DNA of 64,000 nucleotides from Azolla caroliniana (Eukaryota; Plantae; Polypodiophyta). The notes under the pieces are model-generated. The model searched no databases and was not told the DNA's origin. It worked only from the letters and a program-made list of their open reading frames with translations. The stretch lies in NCBI GenBank assembly GCA_043228905.1, contig JBHGNT010000022.1:6324001-6388000 (forward strand), read 5' to 3'. How positions within the stretch are numbered: the first letter of the stretch is position 1; the number at the start of each line of letters is the position of its first letter. Below are positions 35,201 through 49,431 of the stretch, in pieces. Made by a program: the position numbers and the translations under genes.

Positions 35201-37900
35201 ATAATGATCAAAAGTTACCGTCCCGACAATAATTCCCATAGATCCAAAAGCTTCCCCAAAAAAATTACTAGCATAGAACCTATCCAATCGTGCCAAATTA
35301 GCTGCAACCACACTACCATTTGACCGGGAGAAATGAAGAGGCCTTGCATTCAAGAAATGGAATGAATATTTCATAGGTCCAATAAACCAAAAGAGAAACA
35401 GAAGGAATCCCAAGCTCTAGCTTTGCGGCTTGTAATTGTACTGATTGAGCCTCCCCTTCTACCAGATGCTTCTTCAATCATGTTAAAGTCACCACCCACA
35501 AGCTAGGAATCTACTAATCCGGCGTATTCAGAAAGAGAAATCCAAAAGGAAGCTCTTTCTGAGGCTGAGTTAGAAGCATATAGATTTATAATACCAGTCT
35601 TTTGAGGTCCTATTAGAAGAATAAGAAATTGCACTCTTTTATTCAACATAGTACCTGCCGAGAGTATGATGGATGCCCATTGTTCTTTAATAGCCATACA
35701 TAAACCAGCTTGTCTACTATTTGGACCTATCGCTGGGACCTAGAAATGTATCCATTTCCCTAGCAAGATGGAACCATAACTCTGTATCCTATCAGTGGAC
35801 AAGTGATGCTCTTGCAAAAAAAGAATATCAATAGCACCAACATTAGGTGTATCTAAATCTGCTCGTATAAGTCCTTTAAATCTAGGAAAGGCTTGACCCC
35901 CTAGGCCTTGCACATTCCAGGAAAGGATATTTAACTTTTCCATACTACATATGATTTGAAGATGTCTGTTTCTCAAGGAGAACATCCTGACTATCTTAGC
36001 GCCCTCTTGAGCACGGATTTGTCGCTTTGTTAGCAAGTCCTTCCCTGCATACTTGTGAACCCTATGCTCTTTGACAACCTTATCCAAACTTGAAACCATT
36101 GGTCTCTTTCTTTGTCAATAACAATTCTACTTCCATTGTTTCCTTTTTCTCATAAAGAGTTTTTCCTTTGTTATTACCAATTGTAGGTATTGGTGTAGTT
36201 TCCTCCAATCGTCGGATAGTGACGACCACCATCTTCTGTTGCCCTTGTAGGTCTAGCTTTCCTTTGCTGAGATATTTCAATCTCCATGTCATCTTCCTTC
36301 TGTTTCAATTTATTTGGCGAGATTGTTTTGGTAGGTGGTTGACCCTCTATCAACCGAGAAGATGACTTCGAAGGCATTGTTGTCATTGGGGGACATGTAT
36401 TAGTCTTCGATGAGATCAATGAACCTGTCACAAGTGGCACTTGAGGATCCTCATCATTTACCTAAAGTGTTGTATATTTATTTTGAAGGGGAGGAAATTC
36501 CTGAAGGTTATTAGGCTGTACTTGTTGAGTTTTACTTGGTCGAGATGTTTTCCTATTCCCTACTATAGTCCATCCTTCAGATGAGGCCTTGTATGGAATA
36601 ATGGCCATAGAGGGCTCCACTATATGAGAGGCATTTTGAAACTTATGACAATGTTTGGCCAAATGGCCAAACCCGAAACACTGAAAACATTGATTGGGCA
36701 GACCTCGGTACATGATTTTCTGAGAATATGAAGATTGCGTTGAGTCTAACAAATTGGGCAACAGAATGTGAGATGGCAATATTGTAGCTTTAGAAACCAG
36801 AATCTTAGCCAACATCGCACCTAACATTTTGTTTCCTTCTTTTCGTGGTTTATCATATACCTCTAATACCGTACCAATTGTAGCAACAATTAATGCGATA
36901 GAAGTTGTCCATTGTTTACGCAAGTTTGGGAGAACCACCATACATGTATAAAAAGAGTCAAGGTCATGATGTACCTGGTTTGCCGAGAAATTGTGGATCC
37001 ATTTGTGAAAAGAAACCCATCCTCCCTTGATTGCGATAGCTTTCCTTTCTAACATAAATGGCACCATTCGATCTGATTCAAACTCGAGTTGATAGTAGTT
37101 CCTTCCTAACATCTGCACATCCACAATATCGTCAACATCCTATTTTAAAACAGCTTGCAACAATAAACGCAGATCAACACACGACGAACGAATCCCCAAC
37201 ACATGTGCAATGATCGTCCACCTTTCCATCAATTGAATCTCTCGCAAGATATGAATCCTATCTTGTTCCGATAAGAGAAGTTCAACCACATTGTCCGAAA
37301 TAGGAGTTGCATCTGGGTTAGATACACTGGAGCCCCGATAAAGCTGATCGCGACCTTGTGGTGAGTGTTCCTATCTTGAACTTGCATCAATGTTCATCGA
37401 ACCATCACCTACAACCCCATTAAGCAAAGTTCTTGCCACATTTGATTTCTTGCTATCTCTTCCAATCCTAGCCTTTCCTTCGGTAGATGATCCCTCCGAC
37501 GACCTTGGTGCAACAACCTTAGCGGCTGAAATTGCTTGTCCACTTGGTGCTACAGTAACAAGTGAATATGCAGGCATCACCATTGTCTTATTCCCCTGTT
37601 CGCATGCTATCAGATAAGCCATACATGTGGCAGTTGTTCCAATAGCCGCAACAAATGAAGGCAAGGATTCGTGGGAAGAGGAAAGTAAGGGAGCATGAGG
37701 AAATGGAGCATGAGAAGAGGAAGATAAGGAAGCATGATGAGAGGCATCTTGAAGAGCTAAGGCGTGAGGCAGACCTGTGTGTACGCCTGCAGAGGCAGCC
37801 GCAAGAGCGGCGACATCCTTGGTTGTGTGCGCTAACGCAAAGGCAGGTGCAATGGAGCGGTTCATCTCTCATACTCTACTTGTAGTTATTATAATGGCAT
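32223..37900 (-). mobile_element. L1-type LINE, decayed: ORF1 (about 37865-36100) and ORF2 (35943 to about 32230); 3' end lost
   Basis: ORF1 zinc knuckle YRGLPNQCFQCFGFGHLAKHC; APE endonuclease ILSWNVQGL, FLQEHH, RLDRFY, DHYPL; RT LLDFEKAYD, QGCPLAPFLF, EFADD, RYLG; many stops and frameshifts; no poly(A) or TSD seen. Confidence 0.9.
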
Positions 37901-38346
37901 AATAGACTCAGTTTTCTTGTTTGAGATCAAATTTGGGAAGCATGTAATGATAAAAAGGCTTAATATTTGGCTATGAAAGTAGACTAGATTTAATCTTGCA
38001 TTCTCTTGATAAATCTACTCTCTTGATTCATCATGTGATTGTGTTAGACAAGTAAGAGAGTGTAAGAGATTTGGTTGGGGACCCCATCCACATCATCGAA
38101 AGAAGTCATAGGAGGGGTATGGAAGAGAAGAGAGCTAAACATGTGACACGACCCGAGCTCACAAGGTGAGCATGCGAAATAAGCCCAAATGAGGGGCAAG
38201 AATTATTTTATTTTATTTATAATTTATATATATATATATATATATTAAACAACGTTTTCATTTTAAGCCTAATTCTCACATTTTAGGAAACATTTTCAAA
38301 ATTTTGCAAAAATAAAATTGGAAATAATGAAAATGTTTAAAAATTT

Positions 38347-38425
38347 TGTAAGGAAATGAAGGCAAGAGTAATTGCAATGGAGCGGAAGATGATTGAGAGA
38401 GAGTGTGTGTGTGTTGCAACAGGGG

Positions 38426-38460
<35 letters not shown>

Positions 38461-41400
38461 CTCTTAAGATAGAGATAGACTAAACTGTCTATTGCATTAA
38501 TAAAGGCATCCACATAAGAACACCCAACTAAAGAAACTAAGTTACAATGTGTTGGTTTATATATACGAACTAAGCTAGGGCAAGTGACCTTTCTACTATA
38601 TACAAAACTAGCCCAACATGTCCATGAGCTAGTGTGAAACCTATCTATGGGAAGTTGAGTTCGACTATCAACACGCCCCTTCGAACACAACTTCTATCTG
38701 TCGAGAAGGTTGTTCGGTTCATACTTCGACTTGTCTAGTTGGCTGTGTTGCGTACTCACATACTTGATCAATTGCGTATGTGTTGTGTATCATTGCGTTT
38801 TGCTTCCATGTCTCCTGTACCTGTACTCCCCCTTAAGTTCGGCAAATGTGGATGTCGTGAGACCAAGGTTAGATGCAAATTGTCCGAGCTTGTCGACGCC
38901 TAAGGCCTTCGTAAATATATCAGCAACTTAGAGGTGCGTACTAGTATGTTGTAGGTCGATCTCTCCAGCCTGTACGCGCTCACGGATGAAGTGGTAGTGG
39001 ACTTCGATATGCTTAGTCCGCGTGTGGAATACGGGATTCCGCGCCAGGTAGATACTGCTCATGTTGTCACAGTAGAGGCGAATTGGATCCTTGATGGGTA
39101 CGCCTAGATCCTTTAGTATGCGTTTGAGCCAAACGGCTTCACATGCAGCGACTATTGCATCCCTGTATTCGGCTTCCGTGCTCGACAGTGCGACTGTTGG
39201 ATGCTTCTTACTACTCCAGGAGATCGCTCTGCTACCAAGAGAGAAGACGAATCCGGATGTGGATCACTTGTCTGCTTTATATCTTGCCCAATCCGCGTTT
39301 GTGTACCCTTCGAGTCGAATGATCGCATTCGTCTTGTACATAATGCCGTAGTCCATTGTCGTACTGACATACCGAAGTATCCTCTTAGCGCAGTCCAGAT
39401 GAAGATTTCGCAGATTTTGCATAAACTGGCTAAGTAGACCGACCGAATAACTGAGGTCGGGTTGTGTAATGGTCAGATAGATCAAACTACCGATCAGTTG
39501 TCAATACTAAGTCGACTCACTCTCAGCGGTTCTAGAATTGGCATCGATCTTGAGATTACGATCAAGAGGGGTAGACACAGGTTTGCACTCGGTCATTCCG
39601 AACTTGTAGAGTAAGTTGAGAATGTAGTGTCGTTGAGAGATCATTATTCCAACTGATGTCTGAATTACTTCAATACCTAGGAAGTAATGGAGCTCGTGTA
39701 AGTCTTTCATTTAGAATTTGTCGGAAAGAAGTGATTTGACTTTGTCAATCTCGGTGAGATCCTTTCCTCCGATGGCCAAATCATCCACGTATAGGATGAT
39801 GATGATCAGGCTATCCGACCCGTTTCGGATGTACAGAGAGGTGTCGGATTTTGACATCCAAAATCCGACTTGGTTAAGATACTGCGTGATCTTCGAGTGC
39901 CAAGCATGCGGTGCTTGTTTGAGGCCGTAGAGTGGCTTCTTGAGTTGGCATACGGCATGCGGATGCTTACGCGATTCGAATCTAGGTGGTTGTATCATCT
40001 ACACCTCTTCTTCTAATTCTCCTTGGAGGAAAGCATTTTTCACGTCCATCTAGTGGAGGTGCCATCCCTTCGCTGCGGGGAGTGCAATTACTGTCCGTAC
40101 AGTTGTCATCTTTGCCACCGGAGCAAAGGTTTCTTTGTAGTCTATGCCGTGCGTTTGCGCGTAGCCTTTCACAACGAGCCGTGCTTTGAAGCAATTTACG
40201 GATCCGTCGGCATTGTATTTTACTTTGTATATCCATTTGCAGCCAATCACTTTCTTGTTCGGGGGGAGAGGAACGAGATCCCATGTCTCATTTTTGCATA
40301 AAGCTTCCATCTCCTCATACATCCCGTCGACCCATCGCGGATCCTTTGCGGCTTCGGAAAGCGTTTTCGGTTCCCATACTGACGCTACTTTCATCATAAA
40401 AGCGTAGTGATACACCATGTACTCGTCGTAGACGTAGCAGTTTACGGGGTTCTTCTCTCGAGTGGACCGGCGTAGCTTTTCGTTCGAGGATTCAAAAGCT
40501 TTCTTCACGCCGTCTGTCGCGGTGTCAAGGCCTTCCAACTCACTATCAAGGGAGAGGGTCGATTCGAATTCGAACTGATCTTCATATTCCTGCATTTTCG
40601 CCTTCCCTTTGTCCAACTTTGGACTCGACCAAGATGTGCTTTCATCGCTCGGCGGCTCTGATGGCCCACTCAGCCGTGTCGTAATTGGGGTGTCTTCTAA
40701 CATCTGTGAGAGCCGATCCCCAACTTCTATTTCTATTTCAGTGTCATCCGCGTCGAGTGGGGTTGGAGTCGAAGTATTCTCTGGTGCGTACCAGGATGCG
40801 TATTCGTCGAAGACTACGTCTCGACTTGTTCGAACCTTACGGGTAGATGGGTTGTAGCATTTGTACCCCTTCTGTTTGAGTGAGTATCCTACGAAGATAC
40901 ATTTCTCTGACTTTGGGTCAAGCTTTTGTCGCATATCGTCGGGAATATGTACGTAGGTGATAGAACTGAAAATGCAGACATGTGACAAGTCCAGCTTCTT
41001 TTTGAAGAAATTCTCATGCGTAGTTATATCATGTACTCCCGAGGTTGTGCACCTATTCATGAGATATACGACCATATTTGCCGCTTTTGCCCAATATGAT
41101 TTCGGCGGGTTCTTCTTGTTCATCATGACTCGTGCGACTTCTACCACATGGTGATTTTTGCGCTCTGCTACGCCGTTTTTCTGAGGTGTGTGTCGACACA
41201 AGAACTCTCGTCGGATTCCTTCTTTTCGGAGATATGCCGTAAATTCCTTTGAAAATTATTCTTTTCCTCCATCTGATCGAAGACAGCGTACATGCCGACC
41301 CGTAATTTTTTCGACTTTGGCCTTGAATGTCTGGAAGTGCTTGAACACTTCACTCTTCTGCTTCATCGAATAGATCCAGGTGTTCCTAGAGAAGTCGTTG

Positions 41401-43436
41401 ATGAACGTGACATAGTATCGGCATCCGCCGAATGTTATTGTCTGGGCTGGTTCCCACACATCTAAATGTTCGACATCCAGGATTCCTTTGCTCACATTCT
41501 GCTCTTTAGGGAATGGGTGATGGTGTTGCTTTCCGAACTGACATGCTTTGCATACGCCTGTAATCTCCTTCGCCGTAAAGTTCAGGAGTCCGATTACAAC
41601 TCCTTTTGATTGCATGTTTTGGAGCTTCTGGAGATTGATGTGGTTGATTCTCTTGTGCCACAGTTTCAAGTTGGTTTCGACTTTCTGGCCCTTTGTGAAC
41701 ATGGCCAACTTTACCTCGCTCAATTCGAGGATGAACATATGGCCTTCTCGTCGGCCGTGAGCTATGACTTCATCGCCTTTTTCGATGAAGCATTTGTCAT
41801 TATTGAAGCATACTTGCATTCCTTGTTCGAAAATCTAGCCAACTGAGACCAGGTTTTTCATAATGGTGGGGACATGCAACACGTTCTGGAGGTAGGTTTG
41901 TTTGTCGTCGTTTCCGAATGGGACATTCCCGATATACTGTATTGGGTGAGTTGTGTCATCTCTAGTTTCAACATATCTGGGACGTTCGGGCTTCCGTATT
42001 TCCCAAAACCAATCTTCATGGGACGTCATGTGATTGGAGGCTCCCGAATCGACAAACCATATGTTGTTCGGAGTGGAAGCGGTAGTTGATGCAAGTGCGG
42101 ACATGGAGTGCGCTTTGTGCTTCATTATGAACATTCCACCATGGTCACCGAAGTCGGAGTTCATGGCATAATTTGTTAGTTGTCGGCCTTGCTCATGCTT
42201 GTTCTTCCGACACTCCTCTTCATAGTGGCCGGGTTTTCCGCAATACACACACTCAACTGGGTTCCTACGGTTTCTTGGTCCAGCGTGATGACTCCCCCTT
42301 CCGCCAAACTCTCTGGGGCCGTTTCTGTCTGCTTTCCATTGGTGGGAGTTACGCTCTTGGTTGTGTCGGCCTTGGCCGAATCGACCTCTCCTTCTGCGGC
42401 TTTGTCCTCTTCCTCCATCAAAGTTCGAATATAGCATTTGTTTGTCATTCGCGTTGTTCCTTTGACGCATGTGATTCTCTTCGACTAGCAACAATGATTG
42501 GAGATCAAAAAAGGAGGGAGGATTCTCTCTAGTGAGAACGGCCGATCTTATTGCGCCAAAACACGGTACCAAGCCACCGAGGCATATCTGCACCATTTCT
42601 TCGTCGTCAATGCTAACATTGATCGATCCAAGGGCATCGCACAACTCCTTGATCTTTAAGGTGTAGTTGCTAATTGACATGTCCCTTTGTTGAAGATTGT
42701 TCAGCTCCTATCGAAGTTGGAGCTTTCGTGCGGCCGTATTGGCTGCGAAAATCTTCTTGAGGTTTTCCCATGCCTGCTTCGTCATTTTTGCCTCTCGAAT
42801 GTAGCCAAGCATATGATCATGAACGCAAGATACAAGGCAATACAGCACAAGGCTTGCGGTCTACTCCCACACGGGATAGTCAGCGTGTGTTGGGTTGGGG
42901 TGTGATTCGTGAGCTCCTTCGATGTAGCTCCAGTAGCCTTGTCCGACAAGGTATTGATGCATCTTGTATTCCCAAGATGCAAAGTTCGTTCTGTCGAGCT
43001 TCTTGGTAGGAAGAGCGCTTCCTATCTGAGTATTCATGGTGATTTCTTCTCTGTCGATGGGCCGGTTTTGTTGATCGTCAGCGTGCAGCACAACACAGTT
43101 GAATAGGCTTAATCAGACAACCACACGCTCTGATACCATGTAAGGAAATGAAGGCAAGAGTGATTGCAATGCAGCGGAAGATGATTGTGTGTGAGAGAGA
43201 GAGTGTGTGTGTTGCAACAGGGAGAGAGAGAGAGAGAGCTCTTAAGACAGAGATAGACTAAACTGTCTATTGCATTAACAAAGGCATCCAACTAAAAAAA
43301 CTAAGTTACAATGTGTTGGTTTATATATACGAACTAAGCTAGGGCAAGTGACCTTTCTACTATTTACAAAACTAGCCCAACATGTCCATGAGGTAGTGTG
43401 AAACCTATCTATGGGAAGTTGAGTTCGACTCTCAAC
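38347..43436 (-). mobile_element. Full-length decayed Copia element C (related to A and B); LTRs 43139-43436 and 38347-38673; no TSD
   Basis: Two similar LTRs with indels; PBS 43127-43138; gag KLDRTNFASWEYKMHQYL; CCHC; WFVDSG; INT; LYVDD; RNase H; PPT 38674-38683. Confidence 0.92.
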
Positions 43437-45390
43437 TATCGGCCTCTACCGCTACCATATACTCCGCCTTCGTGATCGACAAAGCCATAGACTTCTGCAG
43501 TTGTGACTGCCATGACACTACTCCCCTTGCATATGTGATCATGTACCCTGAAGTGGATTGACTTGAGTCTACATCCCTCGACATGTCCGAGTCGGTAAAC
43601 CCTTCGAGCATAGGTTTTTTGACACCATACCTAAGACACATGCTCGAGGTTCCTTTCAAGTACTTGAGTATCCACTTTACTGCTGCCCAATTTTCTCTAC
43701 CTAGATTACTCATGTATCAACTCACTACTCCCACATCAAATGTTATGTCTGGTCTCGTACAGACCATAGCATACATCAAACTACCGACCACCGAGGCATA
43801 CAATACTTTCCTCATCTCAGCCTTTTCTCTCTCCCCTCTCGGGCATTGTTTAGCATTAAGCTTGTAGTTGGTCGGCAACACAGAGCTGACTGCCTTTGCT
43901 TCCGACATATTGAATCTTTCTAGGATCTTTGTCACATACTTCTCTTGTGACAACCACAACACTTTCTTAGTTCTATCCCGAACTATGTGCATCCCTAAGA
44001 TCTGTTTAGCCGGTCCAAGATCTTTCATGGCAAACGACTTTTCTAATGCTTTCTTCAAGCTCACAATCTTCTTTGTGTCTTGTTCGACTATCAAAACGTC
44101 ATCAACATATAGTAAGAGAATCAAGAAATCCCCTTCATCGTACCTTTTGACGAACACACGGTGATCAACTTGTGTTTTTTGGAACCTATGTTCTATCATG
44201 AAGGATTCCAACTTCTTGTACCATTGGCGTGGAGCTTATTTCAACCCATACAAACTTTTCTTCAATCGACACACCATGTTCTCTTTCCCTTTCTCCTCAA
44301 AGCCTTCAGGCTACTGCATGTAGATTTCTTCATCCAGCATCCCGTGCAAGAATGTTGTTTTGACATCCAACTGCTCAATCTCCAGATCCATGCTAGCAGC
44401 AATGCTCGGAATAGTTCTGATTGATGTCATCTTTATGACTGGTGCGAAAATTTTGTCAAAGTTGACACTCTTTTTCTGTTGAAACCCCTTCACCACAATG
44501 CAGACATTATATCTGGGTCTATTGTCGACTTCTCCAGTCTTCACCTTATAGACCCATATATTTCTAAGTGCTCTCTTACCTTTCGGTAACTCTACCTAGT
44601 CGTAAGTGTAATTTTTGTGCAAGGAGTCCATCTCATCTTGCATTGCACTCTACCATTTCTCCTTATGCTCGTCAACAATGGCCTTATCATAGTACTCATG
44701 CTCACCTCCATCAGTCAAGAGGATTTATTGACTGGCATATGTTGTCAGTGCTCTCCTTTCTTTGAGTGGGTATCTCCTTCCACTCGTCGTTAGCTCCAGT
44801 CCGGATGTCTCTGCCGACTCTTCTCTTGGCTCGACTTCATATGTGTCGACCCGTCGTTGAGGGTTAGCCGATTCTGACTCGTAGTCCTCGATTGACTTCA
44901 ATAGATCTGCTGACTCCGAGTCATCTGTATTGTTCGGTTGCTCCGAGTCGACCGACTTGGATTCGACTATGCCGACTGGCTGTCTCCGAACAACTAACTA
45001 TGTCGGTTCAATTGGCCTTAAGTCAGTAGTAATGGGAGTTGATTGGGAAGTCGATCCCGACTTCTGTTGCTTCCAATCCTCCATCATCTTGTCTTCCAAG
45101 AAGACTAGGTCTTGAATCCTCACTACTTTCTTATCGACTAAGTCCCACAGCCTATAGCCGAACTCGTCCTCTGAGTATCCCATGAATATGCATGCTTTCG
45201 ACTTACTGTTGAGCCTCGACCTCTTATCCTTAGATACATGCATATATACTAGACATCCGAACACCCTCAGTTGTCGGTAGGAGACATCCTTGAGAGGAAT
45301 TGAACAATCCTTTCCTGTCCACACCCTTTGTAGGACATCACCTTTCAATGGTAGTGAGGGAGACCCATTGATAAGATAAACGACTGTATA
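43437..45390 (-). mobile_element. Tork-like Copia pol fragment D (INT C-terminus, RT, part of RNase H)
   Basis: VWTGKD..KDVSYRQLRVFGC; QLDVKTTFLHG; LLYVDD; AEYMVAVEA. Confidence 0.88.
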
Positions 45391-47398
45391 CATGAAAGAC
45401 TTGGATCCCGCAAGACAGATACTGGGGATGCATATCATCCAGGACCGGTCAAGGAAGCAATTGTGGCTGTCATAGGAGAAATACGTGACAAAGGTGACTC
45501 AACGGTTCAACATGTCAGATGCGAAACGGGTCAAATCGACACTCTCGACAAACTGCAGATTATCCGGTAAGTGTTACCCGGCTGGCAAAGGAGTTAAAGA
45601 CCAGAATGTGAAAGGGATTGTTATTCGGAATCTATTTTAATTAAGTAGAATAGATTATAATTATGTAGTGAACGGATGGACTGGAATCGGTATGCCGATT
45701 CGGATCCGGACCGGTTCCGAACAAGTGCCGGTTGGCACCGTTTTGTACGCAGCACCGGTGACCTATATAAAGGCCCAGTTACAATGTAAAACTTTAATGG
45801 AGAATTAATATAAGCTTCTTGTTTTATCTTCACGTGTTGATTACCGTTCTGTATTAATTGTTATATCTTACGCGTGTATTAAGTGAATGCCTTATTGCTA
45901 AGTAGCCAGTTAAGTCGGATTAATCGTTGTGTCTTAAGTTATCTCGCCGTAACACCCCTTTGGTGAAGTGTCTTCCGGAGACACCCTGTGTTAGGCCATT
46001 GTCTGGCCCTAAGGATTAACAGTAAGCAAAGCCCGAAGATGAAGGCAGAGAAGGTGGATATGATGAAGATACCATATGCCTCAGCTGTCGTTAGCTTGAT
46101 GTACGCAATGGTGTGTACCCGACCGGATATCGGATACGTAGTAGGAGTGGTGAGCCGGTTCATGAGCAATCCTGGCAAGGAGCACTGGAATGCGGTAAAA
46201 TGGATACTCTGGTATTTGAAGGGCACTTCGAGTATGTGCCTCCGATTCGGCTCAGGTAAACCCCAACTCGACGGATTCACGGATTAGGACATGTCGGCTG
46301 ATGCGGATACCAACTGGTCAACATCCGGATATGTCATGACATATGCAGGGGGAGTTGTCTTGTGGTAGTCGAAGCTGCAGAAGACAGTTGCATTGTCCAC
46401 CACGGAAGCGGAGTACATGGCAGTTGTGGAAGCCGGTAGGGAAATACTGTGGATGAAGGACTTCATCGAAGAGCTAGAGATCTGGCAAGAGGAATATTGG
46501 CTCTACTGTGACAGTCAGAGTGCCATCCACCTTGCAAAGAACGTTGCCTATCATTCCAGGACAAAGCACATCCAGCGCAGGTATCACTGGATCCGAGAGT
46601 GAGTAGAAGATCAGGAGTTCACGCTGACGAAAATCCACACAGAGGAGAACGGGTCAGATATGTTGACCAAAGTGCTGACACCTGACAAGCTAGATGCATG
46701 CAGGAAGAGGATCGGATTGATGAGGCATCCCATGCCAGAGTGAAGGGGGAGTTTGTTAGGATTTCGGTCCCTCCGGATGGGATATGAGTACACGGCAACG
46801 CAGAGCCGGTGAGAACCGGATGATGAATACCCGGCAAGGAAGACCCGGTGAGAACCGGATGACGCAGGCCCGGTGAGAACCTCTCACCGGATGAAGGGAC
46901 ATAGATGTAAACATGTTTCTGTTAGCCCATTGTGGCTATATTTGTAAATAGCTCGAAAGTCATATTAGTATAAATATGACCTAGGGCAAACACTATTTAG
47001 TTAGTGTGGTTGTAGATCATCGTAAGAGTAATTTGGGTGTAACTGTTGTATAGAGAGGGAGAGAGAGAGAGAGAGAGGGAGAGGGAGAGAGAGTGAGAGT
47101 AGTTACGAGCACTCTCTGTTGTAACCGCCGCTTGGCAAAGATTGCAAGGAAGAGGTCGTTGCCTCTGTGCCTGCATTTTGTATTTCCTCTCTTCATAGTG
47201 ATAGTTTGGAGTTTGTGGGCTCCCGTGGTTTTTCCCTATTAGGGTTTTCCACGTAAAGATCCTGTGTATCATTTTTTTGTGTACTCTCTTTCAGTGTTTT
47301 GTGTATAAGTGCATCTATCTCCACATTCCCATTTCTATGATTGTAATTCTCAACGAAGTAGTTGAAGACTCGCTTGTGGCCGAGCATTATTCCGCATA
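45391..47398 (+). mobile_element. Tork-like Copia 3' part E (RT end, RNase H, PPT, 3' LTR 46754-47398) carrying a Gypsy solo LTR
   Basis: MKDLDPARQILGMHI; YAMVCTRPDI; CDSQSAIHLAKN; PPT GAGTGAAGGGGGAG; LTR end resembles that at 61871. Confidence 0.88.
45572..46021 (+). mobile_element. Gypsy solo LTR (450 bp) with perfect TSD GTAAG
   Basis: TG...CA termini; GTAAG at 45567-45571 and 46022-46026; homologous to 3642-4078; removing it restores the host frame RLSGK-QSPK. Confidence 0.95.
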
Positions 47399-49396
47399 TT
47401 CTCTATATTATATTCATGTACCTATTGAAGTGAGAAGTAAGCTTGATCCAAAAGCTGAAAAATGTGTTTTTGTGTGATAGGTATAGATGTTATAACCCTT
47501 TGACAAAAAAGATTGTAGTAAGCCGTGATGTGATATTTGATGAGTTGGGTAGTTGGTACAGCCCAAAACAACATGCAAAAACTGATGAAGACAATGAAAA
47601 TGAAGAAATAAATCTGAAAATGAAAGCGATTGCCATGGAAATGGAAACAAGGTTGAAGAGCAAAGTCCAACATCGATAGCACAGACTGCTTCATCTGAAA
47701 ACTCAGGTAGTAAATCTGAATCAAATGCTTGGAGTGGAAAAAAAGTAAGACAAAATATGAGGATAAAAAGGAAAAACAGAAGATGCCAGAATATGAGATG
47801 TCTGATGAAGGATCTAGAAACACGGAAGGTACACAAGCCTTGAAAGTCCCTGGTGTTGAAAGAGCAATGAAAAATACAAATCAGAAACTGAGAAGATTAG
47901 ATAGAGAGAAAAAATTGTTGAAAGATATGGTTATGATACATACATGGCAATGCATTATGCATATATATCTAAAGTGGTACAAATCCCTAATCCAAATAGT
48001 TTTGATGAAGCAAAATCTATGAAGAAATGGGTGAATGTAATGCAAGAGGAAATAGATGCATTGGCTAAAAACAAAACATGGGATTTGGTAAAGTTACCAA
48101 AAGGAAAAAATGTTGTAGGTTGCAAATGGGTCTACAAAACAAAGCACGATTCAAATGGGAATGTAAGTAGACATAAAGCAAGACTTGTTGCAAAGGGATA
48201 TGCCCAAATGCAAGGAATTGATTATGATGAGACATTTGCATCGGTTGCAAAAATGGCAACATTGAGTACCCTACTTGCTGTAAGTGCAGCCAAAAGATGG
48301 GTTCTGCACCATATGGATGAAATAAACAAGCTAAACAAGCTAAAGAAAAATCTTGAAATGCAATTTCATATGGATGATCAAATGTGAAAGTGGAATATAT
48401 ATGCTGCAAAAATAGTATGTTACAACTGTGCCAAAAAAGTATGGAATGCTTGGATGCAAACCTATTGATGTACCACTAGATAAGAACTGCAAATTGAGGG
48501 CTGATTTGGGAGCAAAAATAGCAGATGTGAACATGTACAGGTCTATGGTAGGTAGCCTCATATACTTGACTATAACAAGACCTGATTTGAGTTATGCAGT
48601 TGGATTGGTCAGCCAGTTTATGCAACAACCAACAAAGCCACATTTGGATTGCATTAGAACAATTTTGAGGTATGTAAAAGCTACTCAAAACTATGGATTG
48701 TTTTACAGGGCTAATCTGGACATAAAGTTAGAAGGATATACGGATGTTGATTGGGCTGGAAGCCAAACTGATAGAAGATCCACAAGTGGATATATGTTTA
48801 CATTGGGAAGTGCAACTATTTCATGGAGCAGCAAGAAACAAGCTTTTGTTGCATTATCAAGTACTAAAGTTGAATATAGAGGCTCTGCAATAGCTACATA
48901 AGAAGAAGTATGGATCAAAAGATTGATTGCTGATTTGGGAGTGTATATAGATGGTGCAGTCACAATTTGGTGTGAGAATATGAGTAGTATTCAGTTCGCA
49001 AAAAACCCAACGTTCCATGCAAGAACAAAGCACATTGAAGTGGATTATCGCTTTGTTAGAGAAAAAGTGATTGATGGAGAAGTGGATCTGTTGTATGTAA
49101 GTACCAATTAGCAAGTTGTTGTCGAGAACGCAATGCTCCTTATGCACGACGCTCGGCCACAACCGAGATTCTTTTCATACACAGAAAACAGGAAAAAAAA
49201 AAAAAAAACACGACGCAAAGGAGAGAAAAGGTACACAGGAGGTTTACGTGGAAAACCCCAAACTAAGGGAAAAACCACGGCAACCCACAGGCTGCAAACT
49301 GTCACTATGTAGGAATATACAACAGTGAGTTCACTGAGGCACCGACCTCGTGCTCACGTATCTTCGCCACAGGCGGCGGCTACAACAGAGGCAACG

Positions 49397-49431
<35 letters not shown>

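Noticed and set aside
37655-37885. Charged coiled-coil-like plus-strand ORF
   Set aside because: Antisense to the Ser/Ala-rich start of LINE ORF1; low complexity.
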